Shown here piece by piece: positions 29,508 to 38,536 of a DNA stretch of 47,640 bases. Under the pieces are notes generated by a model. That model was not told where the DNA came from, made no database searches, and worked only from the letters and a program-made list of their open reading frames with translations. The DNA comes from Promethearchaeota archaeon. Lineage in GTDB: Archaea; Asgardarchaeota; Lokiarchaeia; Sigyniarchaeales; SOKP01. The DNA lies in NCBI GenBank assembly GCA_048941285.1, contig JBHLNS010000026.1, positions 1 to 47,640 on the forward strand, read 5' to 3'. A program made the position numbers and the translations under genes. Position 1 is the first letter of the stretch. Every line of letters starts with the position of its first letter.

Positions 29508-31454
29508 TTATTTAAAAATCGGAATTAAAAGATAACTTGGAAACTCTTTGGAGTGATAAATTTTTTGTTCAGCAATAATATATTCTCCTAGGCTCCCCTC
29601 TCCTCCTAGGTTTGAGTTGAGGTCGAATCTAGGAAAATTACTTGATGATATCTCAATTCTTATCCGATGACCTTTTCTAAAATAGTTTGAAGTGTTTCCT
29701 AATTCTATTTCATATTTATATACTTTACCTGGTTCTATAAGAGAAGGATTATCATCACCATTTCTGAACCTGGCCCGAATTCCAGCATCTAAAATATTTA
29801 TTGCTTTTCCTCTAGGATAAACGTCTACCAATTTAACCATAAAGTCTGTATCTTTTACTGAGGATGAAGCATGTATAACCATCTTCACTGGGCCAGTTAC
29901 TTCTATTCCTTTCTTAAAAGGTTTAGTTGAGTAAACTAATACATCTTCCCTTTGTTCAGCATCTTTTTGATTTTGAGCACCTTTTAAAATAAGTAGATTC
30001 CGCCCTCCTTTAGTAATAACAGGATTCATCGGATCATAAATATAGTTATCCTCCTTTTCATCGGAGGGACTTTCAAAATCTATTAATCCATCTCCTTTTA
30101 CACTGTTAGCGTTTCCATCTGAATGAATATATAATCTTTGATAATCAATATTATTTGGAGGCCAATTCTCAGTGAATCTCCAAATATTTTTCCCCATTAC
30201 CCAATATTTAATAGATGATCTATGTATTTCTGGAAATGCTTTCTTATCATCCATCAACCAGTAACGATTCCAATGAAGATTCAAAAATCCCTTAAAAAAA
30301 CTCAATATACCCCCATTTTTAATTTTGCTTTCTGGGTGCCCAATTGCTCCATGTGCCCAAGATCCTATTAGTAATTTTGAATATTTTTTTGCATCTCCAT
30401 TAGCTTGTTTTTTAATTTCTAAAAAATCTTTGAGCTGTTTTTCAAAAAACATATCCTGCCATCCAGCTAACATAAAAATGGGTTGTAATATTTTAGAGGT
30501 ATCCATCTCTAAGAATCCTGACATCTTATATGTGTCTTTATCTAATCCTTGTGTAATTAAGAAATCATTTAGAAATTTAAAATACACCTTATAACTACGT
30601 TTTGAAGGATCGAAATTTTTCACGTTATAATAAGCAATCAACAGATCTTGGATTTCTTTAATATTTTTACCCTTTAATTGAGAGAGGCTAATTCGACTCT
30701 TCTTTTTAATTGTATCGTTAAATAAAGCATATTTTGGATTTAAAAACCTCTCATACATTAAATTTGTTAGAGTTTGCATCTGCGGAATCTCTTGGTGTGA
30801 TACAATATTAATCATTATTCGATATATTGAAGTTGTAAGACCATGAATCTGTAATCCTCCATTATTTTTCCATAAATTCAAAGTTGATGTTATAGCTGGT
30901 GTTAAACAATTTAAATATTTATTATCCCAAGATAAAGCAAGCTGAGTTATCCCAAAATAACTTGCGCCAGCCATTCCAACTCTCCCATTATACCAATATT
31001 GTTTAGAAATCCACTTTAATGTCTCTAATCCATCCTCTCTTTCTGTAAATAAATAGTAATTAAATCCATTAGAATGACCCGTTCCTCTTATATCTTGAAT
31101 TACTGTAGCAAATCCATAAGCAGCGTACGCATAACCTAGAAAACTGAACATATCCTTCCAGTATGGTAATCTTATTAAAATAGTTGGACATTTGCGTTTT
31201 TTCCTAAATATATCTTTTGGCATATAAATATCAGTAGCTAATTTTACTCCATCATTTAATTCAATAAAAGTCTCTGGATATCTTCTCACGCCATTTTTTG
31301 GATACCCTAAGCCTAATAAAATTCCCAGGATCTTGACTAATGGGACGGATCCGTATTGAACTATTTTATTGATTAAATTCCAAATAAATTTAGGTATTTT
31401 TGGTCTAATTGGCACCTTCAAGTAGGATAAGCTTGTTACATGGTTTTCTTTCAT
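29508..31454 (-). CDS. CocE/NonD-family hydrolase (X-Pro dipeptidyl-peptidase-like)
   Basis: DGVKLATDIY.P, RLPY, QDIRGTGHS.G, nucleophile GASYFG, GWQD, WAH, C-terminal ISSSNFPRFD. Confidence 0.93.
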   Translation of the reverse strand: MKENHVTSLSYLKVPIRPKIPKFIWNLINKIVQYGSVPLVKILGILLGLGYPKNGVRRYPETFIELNDGVKLATDIYMPKDIFRKKRKCPTILIRLPYWKDMFSFLGYAYAAYGFATVIQDIRGTGHSNGFNYYLFTEREDGLETLKWISKQYWYNGRVGMAGASYFGITQLALSWDNKYLNCLTPAITSTLNLWKNNGGLQIHGLTTSIYRIMINIVSHQEIPQMQTLTNLMYERFLNPKYALFNDTIKKKSRISLSQLKGKNIKEIQDLLIAYYNVKNFDPSKRSYKVYFKFLNDFLITQGLDKDTYKMSGFLEMDTSKILQPIFMLAGWQDMFFEKQLKDFLEIKKQANGDAKKYSKLLIGSWAHGAIGHPESKIKNGGILSFFKGFLNLHWNRYWLMDDKKAFPEIHRSSIKYWVMGKNIWRFTENWPPNNIDYQRLYIHSDGNANSVKGDGLIDFESPSDEKEDNYIYDPMNPVITKGGRNLLILKGAQNQKDAEQREDVLVYSTKPFKKGIEVTGPVKMVIHASSSVKDTDFMVKLVDVYPRGKAINILDAGIRARFRNGDDNPSLIEPGKVYKYEIELGNTSNYFRKGHRIRIEISSSNFPRFDLNSNLGGEGSLGEYIIAEQKIYHSKEFPSYLLIPIFK

Positions 31455-31504
31455 TAATTTGGAAAAAAATTAATACCTTATAAAGTTTCTAAAATTAAAA
31501 ATAG

Positions 31505-31609
31505 CAGGCCCGGGGGGATTTGAACCCCCGATATCTGCTTACTGCATTATCTTAGCAGTAATCTTCAGCTTAGGAGGCTGCCGCCTTATCCAGTCTGGGC
31601 CACGGGCCT
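31505..31609 (-). tRNA. tRNA-Arg(CCT) with a 30-nt intron in the variable loop; CCA not encoded
   Basis: Acceptor AGGCCCG/CGGGCCT, anticodon arm CAGC-CTCCTAA-GCTG, T-arm GGGGG-TTCAAAT-CCCCC; removing 31533-31562 gives a 75-nt cloverleaf with AGATC variable loop. Confidence 0.92.
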
Positions 31610-31801
31610 TATTTCATTAAGTTATTGTATAATCATATTAAAGCATTATTTAATAAAAAGTTAAATTTTATTATTGTATTTTCTGCGAGTATTAATGTAT
31701 AAAACTATAAAAAGTATAGAAAGGTTTTAATTGGCTGTGTATTTAAATGTAATTATAAATATTTTTTTATGATTAATTTTTTTTTAACGAGTTTTTGAAA
31801 T

Positions 31802-32065
31802 ATGGAAAGAAGAACTTCAAATCGTCCAATAGATTATTTAAAGTCATCAATTAATGAAATAATTCTTATTAAAGTGAAGCGTAACCGCCTTTTCAGGGGT
31901 CGGTTAGGCGGGTTTGATGAACACTTGAACTTATATCTTGAAGAAACTAGTCAGATTTTTGAATATCAAGATGATGAAGGGAACATCCGGGAGGAGCACG
32001 AAAATCTTGGTTCCATTGTAGTACGTGGAGATAACGTGATTTTTGTAAATTTAGCTCATTTATAG
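31802..32065 (+). CDS. Sm/Lsm-family RNA-binding protein (SmAP)
   Basis: Sm1 FRGRLGGFDEHLNLYL, Sm2 LGSIVVRGDNVIFV. Confidence 0.95.
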   Translation: MERRTSNRPIDYLKSSINEIILIKVKRNRLFRGRLGGFDEHLNLYLEETSQIFEYQDDEGNIREEHENLGSIVVRGDNVIFVNLAHL

Positions 32066-32203
32066 GCATTTTACATTGATATGTAAGGTTTTTTGACATT
32101 ATAACAACTAAAAAGTAATACTGTAATTACCTTTTTAAATCGCGATTATTTTGTTAGTAATAAGATAAATATTTGAATTATATGAAATAATTAGCTTTAA
32201 TTT

Positions 32204-34276
32204 TTGAGTGCTGTAGTAAAATTGAATCCAATAAAGGAAGAAACTAAGGAAATTCTTATTCTAACTATACCAAATTTGGGACAACCCTTAATTTTAGAAA
32301 TAGATCGCAAATTAAAAAAGAGAAAATTTCAGACTGATATACTTTTTATTGGTAATGATTTTGAAATAGAGCTCTTTAAAAAATCAATTCAAAATCAAAT
32401 CAGCATTGTTCCTTTATTCGACTATAAATGGTCTTATAAACTGATATTTAGAAAAAGGGAAAAGGGGATCTTTTCAAAATGGAGAGAAAAAAGACTTAAA
32501 AAGAAGAGAAAGAAATTTCTTGGAGACAAATTAAAATCTATAATAGACAAAGGCTTAAATTTAGAACAACTGAAAAAGTTAAAATCTCGGCTCCATAGAG
32601 GTAATCCGATCTTCCCGAAGCTAATCAGTGTTGGTAAAGTTTCTATTAATACCATTGCTGATCTCTCTTATTTAAAAAATATCCAACCTCAAGAAATTCT
32701 TGTGAAGAATCATGTGTTTGGAGATTTAAATCAATTTTATAAAGCCAAGATTGAATTTAAAATTGGCAAAGAAGTTATTAAATTTTTGAAAGAACGAAAC
32801 TTTGTGATGTTCGATATTCATTGTCCCGATAATCGAATTAATTACCATTCATTAGTAATTACAAAACAAAAATGGCAAGATTTTACATTTATTCATGCTA
32901 CAGATTTGCATTTAGCAGAAAGAAATGATAAACTTTTTGAAATTATAAAAAAATGGACTGAAACTTCAGTTAAAGAAAGTGTAGAGAACTTTTTTGAGGA
33001 AGTAAGAAAAAAGTTAAAAATTAAGAAGGAACAAGATAAAAAGGAAAAATTATTATCTGAAATTAAAATCCCCTTAAGAAAACGCTTGATTAATCCAAAT
33101 AATCAATTAAGAAAATTCATAAAATTGATGAATAGAAAAGTTCTCAAGAATGAACTAGATTTTATTGTACTTACGGGAGATCTTGTTGATTATACTATTT
33201 TAAGTAGGTTCGCAAAGAAGCTTCGCAAACTTAACGAATTTAGATATGAGGATAGTAATTGGCAAGTGTTTAAAAATATAATATTGAATATTCCATCGCA
33301 AGAAAAGCATAAAGGTATTATAAGGAGTGAGGAATTAAATTGTCCAATTTTTACAATATTAGGAAATCACGACTATCGTCCTTTTCATTATGATCTAACG
33401 TGGGGAAATATGTATAATAAGATTGGACTAAATGCTTCAGAGGCGGTAGCATTGAATGAATTATTTTCTGCTTCTCCTATTACAGCTTTAACAAAAACTT
33501 CATTAGCATTACGAGGATACCTATCAGAAATTAATCCATCCAGAGATTTTTCTATGAAACTAGGTAATAATTTATTTATATTTCTTAATACTGGTGGAGA
33601 TTCCTTCAGAAATGTTAGAGATTTATTAACTGGTCATCCATCTCTTACGGGGATAACCACTAAACAAATAAAATTTTTAGAAAACCTAATGAATAATGAA
33701 ATAAATAAATCTATGAATACATTTTTATTTTTACATGGACCACCATTAAATCCAGAAGGTAGAAAGCTTACTATTAATATATTTGAAAAAAAAGGGAGCC
33801 GTTTTGTGAGACAAAAACTTAGTGACTTTAAGGAATCAGTAATAAAAAGTTTTGGTAAAGCTCTTTCTAAAGCACGTATTGATGGTGTATTTAATACTAA
33901 GTATGGATGTGTATCTTCAAATTGGGAAAAATTAGTTGAATTTTGTAAAAATTTTACAATTCTCACACTCTCTGGACATACACACATTAGTCGAGAATTT
34001 AGATTAGACGATCCAGGGGAATTCAAAACTAGTGTGTTTGATGCTCCACCTTTTAGGTTGAAAAAAATTGAAAACCCTGCTGCGATTTTCTATGATGACT
34101 ATTCCAACATATATGATAACCCAAAAGAAATAAGTGAGAATGGGCCATTTGTAGTACAAACCCCCGCTTTAGGTTTAGGGAGTTATGGAAATCCAAAATC
34201 AGCTGGAGGTTATAGAGAAATAATTGTTAAAAATGGAGAACTCGCTTCATTTAAAATAAAGTCTATTAACCGTTAA
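32204..34276 (+). CDS. Calcineurin-like metallophosphoesterase with long N-terminal extension
   Basis: FIHATDLH, LTGDLVD, GNHD, LHGP, LSGHTH. Confidence 0.88.
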   Translation: MSAVVKLNPIKEETKEILILTIPNLGQPLILEIDRKLKKRKFQTDILFIGNDFEIELFKKSIQNQISIVPLFDYKWSYKLIFRKREKGIFSKWREKRLKKKRKKFLGDKLKSIIDKGLNLEQLKKLKSRLHRGNPIFPKLISVGKVSINTIADLSYLKNIQPQEILVKNHVFGDLNQFYKAKIEFKIGKEVIKFLKERNFVMFDIHCPDNRINYHSLVITKQKWQDFTFIHATDLHLAERNDKLFEIIKKWTETSVKESVENFFEEVRKKLKIKKEQDKKEKLLSEIKIPLRKRLINPNNQLRKFIKLMNRKVLKNELDFIVLTGDLVDYTILSRFAKKLRKLNEFRYEDSNWQVFKNIILNIPSQEKHKGIIRSEELNCPIFTILGNHDYRPFHYDLTWGNMYNKIGLNASEAVALNELFSASPITALTKTSLALRGYLSEINPSRDFSMKLGNNLFIFLNTGGDSFRNVRDLLTGHPSLTGITTKQIKFLENLMNNEINKSMNTFLFLHGPPLNPEGRKLTINIFEKKGSRFVRQKLSDFKESVIKSFGKALSKARIDGVFNTKYGCVSSNWEKLVEFCKNFTILTLSGHTHISREFRLDDPGEFKTSVFDAPPFRLKKIENPAAIFYDDYSNIYDNPKEISENGPFVVQTPALGLGSYGNPKSAGGYREIIVKNGELASFKIKSINR

Positions 34277-34418
34277 TGATTTGAGGTCACCAAAGCTTTT
34301 GCTTGCTTTAACTTTATTATATTTTTTCCAATTGTAAAAAGTAAATAGATCCATATTATATCAAATTAATATTCAACTCAAATAAAGTTTAAATTATCTT
34401 CATTTCAAAATTTTATTA

Positions 34419-35840
34419 TTGTATATTAAAAATACCTCTGATGTTCTTACTAAGGAATTACCTAAAGTTCAATTAAGGTTAAGAGAAATCGGACTTAAAG
34501 CAATTTCAAAGGCAATTTCAGCCGTACAGCCTAAGAATTTAATGAAAAAAAGTATCCACATAGATAATAACATACTATTCATCAAAAATGATGAGTATGA
34601 TTTACAGAAATATGAAAAAATATATTTAATCGGTGGTGGAAAAGCTACTGCTGAAATGGCATTAACACTTGAAAATTTATTGGTAAATATAAAAGCTATT
34701 GATAAAAAAAGTATTATAAATGTCCCTCAGAGCAATAAAATTCAAGGTTTTTTAAACAAAACAAATATATCTCTTAATTTTGCTACACATCCCATACCAA
34801 ATAAAAATGGGCTTAAAGGGTCCCTCTCCATGATGGAAATCATAGAGAACTCGAATGAAAATGACCTTATAATTTGCTTAATCTCAGGGGGAGGGTCTGC
34901 TTTACTTCCATTGCCAAAAAAGGGTATAGAACTTAAAGATTTACAATATGCTAATTCTTTACTTTTATCATCAGGCGCCTCGATTCATGAAATTAACACA
35001 ATAAGAAAACACTTGTCAGATTTTAAAGGAGGTAATTTAGCAAAAAAATTATATAATTCAAGTGGAGCTAAATTAATCTCGTTAATTATTTCTGATGTTG
35101 TTGGTGATGATCTTGATTCAATTGCTTCAGGGCCTACAGTACCTGATAAAACTACTTTTTTGGATGCTTATGAAATTATAAAAAAATATAACCTTTTAGA
35201 AAAAATCCCAATTTCAGTGAGAGATCATTTAGAAAAGGGTTTATCTGATAGTTCTTTAGAAAATCCAAAGCCCAATGATCCATGTTTTACAAATATTCAT
35301 AATTATTTAATTGGAAGTGTAAAATCGGCCGTTCAAGAGGTCAAATCTTTCTTAAAAAATGAAGGATTCGAAATAGAATGTTTTTCTAATAATGTAATAG
35401 GTGAAGCTAAGGAATTTGGAAAAGATCTATATGGTATTATTACTAAATGCATTCAAATGAATTTAGATCAAAAGAAAAATTCAAGAAAAGCGTTGATTGG
35501 AACGGGTGAATTAACAGTTACGATTAGAGGTAAGGGAATTGGAGGAAGAAATCAAGAGATGCTTTTAGGTTTTCTAAATTATATAAAAGATAAAAGCCTT
35601 AATTATCATTTTCTACTCATTGGTGTTAATCTAGATGGGATAGAAGGTAATAGTGAAGCAATGGGTGCTTTAATTGATAATTATGTATTTGAACAAATGA
35701 TAACGAAAAATATCGATCCTGAGAAGTTCTTAACTAATAATGATTCAAACAGCTTTTTTAAGAAACTAAGAACTGAATTAATAAGTGGACCAACAGGTTG
35801 TAATGTTAATGATTTAATCTTAATTCTTATACTTATATAA
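34419..35840 (+). CDS. Glycerate 2-kinase (MOFRL/DUF4147 family)
   Basis: GGGKA, ATHPIP, LISGGGSAL, INTIRKHLS.FKGG.L, SDVVGD.L..IASGP, GGRNQE, GPTGCNVND. Confidence 0.93.
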   Translation: MYIKNTSDVLTKELPKVQLRLREIGLKAISKAISAVQPKNLMKKSIHIDNNILFIKNDEYDLQKYEKIYLIGGGKATAEMALTLENLLVNIKAIDKKSIINVPQSNKIQGFLNKTNISLNFATHPIPNKNGLKGSLSMMEIIENSNENDLIICLISGGGSALLPLPKKGIELKDLQYANSLLLSSGASIHEINTIRKHLSDFKGGNLAKKLYNSSGAKLISLIISDVVGDDLDSIASGPTVPDKTTFLDAYEIIKKYNLLEKIPISVRDHLEKGLSDSSLENPKPNDPCFTNIHNYLIGSVKSAVQEVKSFLKNEGFEIECFSNNVIGEAKEFGKDLYGIITKCIQMNLDQKKNSRKALIGTGELTVTIRGKGIGGRNQEMLLGFLNYIKDKSLNYHFLLIGVNLDGIEGNSEAMGALIDNYVFEQMITKNIDPEKFLTNNDSNSFFKKLRTELISGPTGCNVNDLILILILI

Positions 35841-35876
35841 ATTTAAATATTTAGCTTTATAGTTATTTTACCGAAT

Positions 35877-36035
35877 ATGAATGAATTAATTATTTGTCCT
35901 TTGTGTGGTTTTAGTTTTAGAAATTCCAATTCTAGTAAAGAAAAGCAAAAGATAAAATGTCCAATGTGTGGTTATGAATTTAAAAATCCTCGTATTTCTC
36001 CCTTTACTGCAAAAGAATTTGATAGGAAAATATAG
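35877..36035 (+). CDS. 52-aa double-CPxCG zinc-ribbon microprotein (below ORF-track cut-off)
   Basis: Own translation: MNELIICPLCGFSFRNSNSSKEKQKIKCPMCGYEFKNPRISPFTAKEFDRKI*. Confidence 0.75.
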   Translation: MNELIICPLCGFSFRNSNSSKEKQKIKCPMCGYEFKNPRISPFTAKEFDRKI

Positions 36036-36233
36036 TGATATTTGATATTATAAGAAAAATTAGATTGAAGAAATTAGAATTAAAATTACTTCGATAAAAT
36101 CCTTTTACTCAATAATAATTTCTATATTGATAAATTTTTTAAAGATTGAAGTTGAAATTAGATCACCGATTAATTTTTATTAATTGCTAAATAATTTGCA
36201 ATTTAGTACAAAACAAATTCGTGGTAAAATACA

Positions 36234-38402
36234 ATGGGTAAAAAAGATAAGAAAAAGAAACCACCCGCGCGAACAGCACGAATGGGCTGGGATAAATCAG
36301 AAGCAGAGGAAGAGATCGTAGCTGATGCATTAAAACGAAAAGACATGGATAAAGGACGCGTTGAATTGATTGATAGAGATACCTCTACACCAGTTATCGA
36401 GACATATGACGAAGATACAGGAAAACTTGAAGGTAGTATCGTTTTAAAAGATGGAAATAGAGAAGGATTACTAGCTTTGGTAAAAATAATTGAATCAGTA
36501 GAAGTAGAACAGGATCATGATGCTAATATTAAATCATTTGCCCATAATGGTAAATTAAATATTGAAAATCCTAGTTCTGTTGATCGATTATGGGATATAG
36601 ACGTTACTCTCGAAAAAATTGGTAGTACAGATTTAAAATCTAAAGATATTTCAATCAGAGAATTAGGCACTGAATCACCCGATAATGTTGACTCAAGGAA
36701 TTTTAAAATAACAAAAGATATAAAAAATTTATTGCTAGTGAAAGAGTTTATAAGTACATTACCTAATGCTGACGATGTTTTAAATATCAATGATATAGAG
36801 AAGGATCTGCTCAAATTAAAAGATAAAACGGGTAAACCTTCATCTAAACCCTCTCCGAAACCTCCACCAGAGCCGAAAGTAGAAGAGGAGGAAGAAGAAG
36901 AAGAGGAAGAATTAGGAGATAAGGGTGAAACTTGGAGTGATGGTGGAACTCTCGTAGAAGCCGGTTTAGAATCTTTTGGAATCTCAATTGATAAACAAAA
37001 TGTTGTGACATTTGCTATAGCAATTAGAAGTATGTTTGATAAACCAGTTACTAATCTGAAAGTAGTAAAAAATATTCCTGATGATTTTACGAATCCAATC
37101 GTTAAAGATACAAGCGAAGGAAGAGCTGAAATTGAAGATAATAAAATAATTTGGACAATTGATAAATTAGCTCCAGAATATACTGTGATGTGTAAATTTA
37201 CATGCAATATTATGGTAACAGACATCACTAAAAGAAGAACTGGAAAAATAGAAGTCACTTATCAGGCCGCATCTTCATATGCTGAAGGCTTAGCAATAGG
37301 AAAATTCGATGCATATACAAGAAATAAATTTTATGTAGATACAGTTGAAAGGGATGAAGAACCTGGCATTTTTGATTGTAAGCTTGTATTTAATAATTCA
37401 TCCGAATTTATCATACAACTATTCAATGCAGATGTATATTCCCCAGAAGATGAAACAAAAAAATTTGTAGATATTGATCCTAATGATGTTCCAATGTTAC
37501 CAAGTGGAGCGCAGTGGCACTCTATAAAGTGGGAGTATAAGAGCGACGAATATCCAACCTTCAGGAAGAAATTAGAATTTCGAGTTATGCCTGATTTTCA
37601 GACTATAGTCAATGGAACAATGGCTCTATCAGATGTTATACTAGAGATTGGAAGTATCTCTGGTGTAATGTCCTACAACTTAATTGAAGTTCCAACTTAC
37701 CGAAAAAAAGATGTCATTGCAACACTTAAAATGGTTAATAATGGTTCAGCACCACTTGATGAGGTTACAATAATTCAACAATACTTTTCTGATGAATATC
37801 AACCTCCAAAAGCAGATGAAATTAAATTGCTATGGGATGGTGAAGAAGTTGAAGTTTCTCCCGGAGCAGTAACCTTCGAAGATAAAGCTTTTAAGATTGA
37901 TCTTAGAGATTTGAAAAACAGTAGCACGGGCATGTTTAATCCAGACTCTACTTTAGAGTTTGAATATCCTATTCATTGTGAAAGCCCTGCACGAGAATCT
38001 ACCTTTGAATCTGAAATAATATATCTAGCAAATACCTTTCCAGTAAGTCAGGAGTTAGAATTTAAACCAGATGTTCCTGTAATCGAAGCGATGCATATCA
38101 GACGTAAATTCAGAATTGGAAAAGAAGTGGTACCTATTGGAGATCTTGGGAATTATAGAATTATATTGACACTTGAAAATATTGGTGAGTCTAAACTTAG
38201 TAATTTGATTATCTTAGATAAAGTACCAGATCTATTTGAGTATGGTACATATTCTATGACTCCAGAAATCACTGATGAAGTGGGACAAGATACACTAAAG
38301 TGGAATATAAAACTTTTAGATATAGGAGAAAAATTGGAAATCACATATGAAATAACAGGTAAAGGCAAATATAGTCCATCTGATGCCCAATTAGCGCTTT
38401 AA
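36234..38402 (+). CDS. Cytosolic multi-beta-sandwich protein with mu-homology (adaptin mu/delta-COP C-terminal)-like domain
   Basis: LVKIIESVEVEQDHDANIKSFAHNGKL; IRSMFDKPVTNLKVVKNIP...TSEGRAEIEDNKIIWTI; KIEVTYQAASSYAEGLAI; further Ig-like modules; no signal peptide. ORF is certain, domain call is by eye. Confidence 0.65.
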   Translation: MGKKDKKKKPPARTARMGWDKSEAEEEIVADALKRKDMDKGRVELIDRDTSTPVIETYDEDTGKLEGSIVLKDGNREGLLALVKIIESVEVEQDHDANIKSFAHNGKLNIENPSSVDRLWDIDVTLEKIGSTDLKSKDISIRELGTESPDNVDSRNFKITKDIKNLLLVKEFISTLPNADDVLNINDIEKDLLKLKDKTGKPSSKPSPKPPPEPKVEEEEEEEEEELGDKGETWSDGGTLVEAGLESFGISIDKQNVVTFAIAIRSMFDKPVTNLKVVKNIPDDFTNPIVKDTSEGRAEIEDNKIIWTIDKLAPEYTVMCKFTCNIMVTDITKRRTGKIEVTYQAASSYAEGLAIGKFDAYTRNKFYVDTVERDEEPGIFDCKLVFNNSSEFIIQLFNADVYSPEDETKKFVDIDPNDVPMLPSGAQWHSIKWEYKSDEYPTFRKKLEFRVMPDFQTIVNGTMALSDVILEIGSISGVMSYNLIEVPTYRKKDVIATLKMVNNGSAPLDEVTIIQQYFSDEYQPPKADEIKLLWDGEEVEVSPGAVTFEDKAFKIDLRDLKNSSTGMFNPDSTLEFEYPIHCESPARESTFESEIIYLANTFPVSQELEFKPDVPVIEAMHIRRKFRIGKEVVPIGDLGNYRIILTLENIGESKLSNLIILDKVPDLFEYGTYSMTPEITDEVGQDTLKWNIKLLDIGEKLEITYEITGKGKYSPSDAQLAL

Positions 38403-38536
38403 ATTTAATAAAGCACTTTTTATTTTTTTTATTTTTTATATTTACACTAATAGTTTAATAACCTTAGAGATAATTCTTAAATGATAAAATAATGAATTTT
38501 AATTTAATTACTACTTTTAATATGTCTTGAGAAAGA

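Noticed and set aside
31455-31530. Integrated element at the tRNA 3' end
   Set aside because: No integrase in the window and no duplicate of the tRNA 3' end was seen; flanking genes look chromosomal
36515-37258. 247-aa antisense ORF with poly-Ser
   Set aside because: Mirror of the poly-Glu tract of the + strand gene; typical shadow ORF
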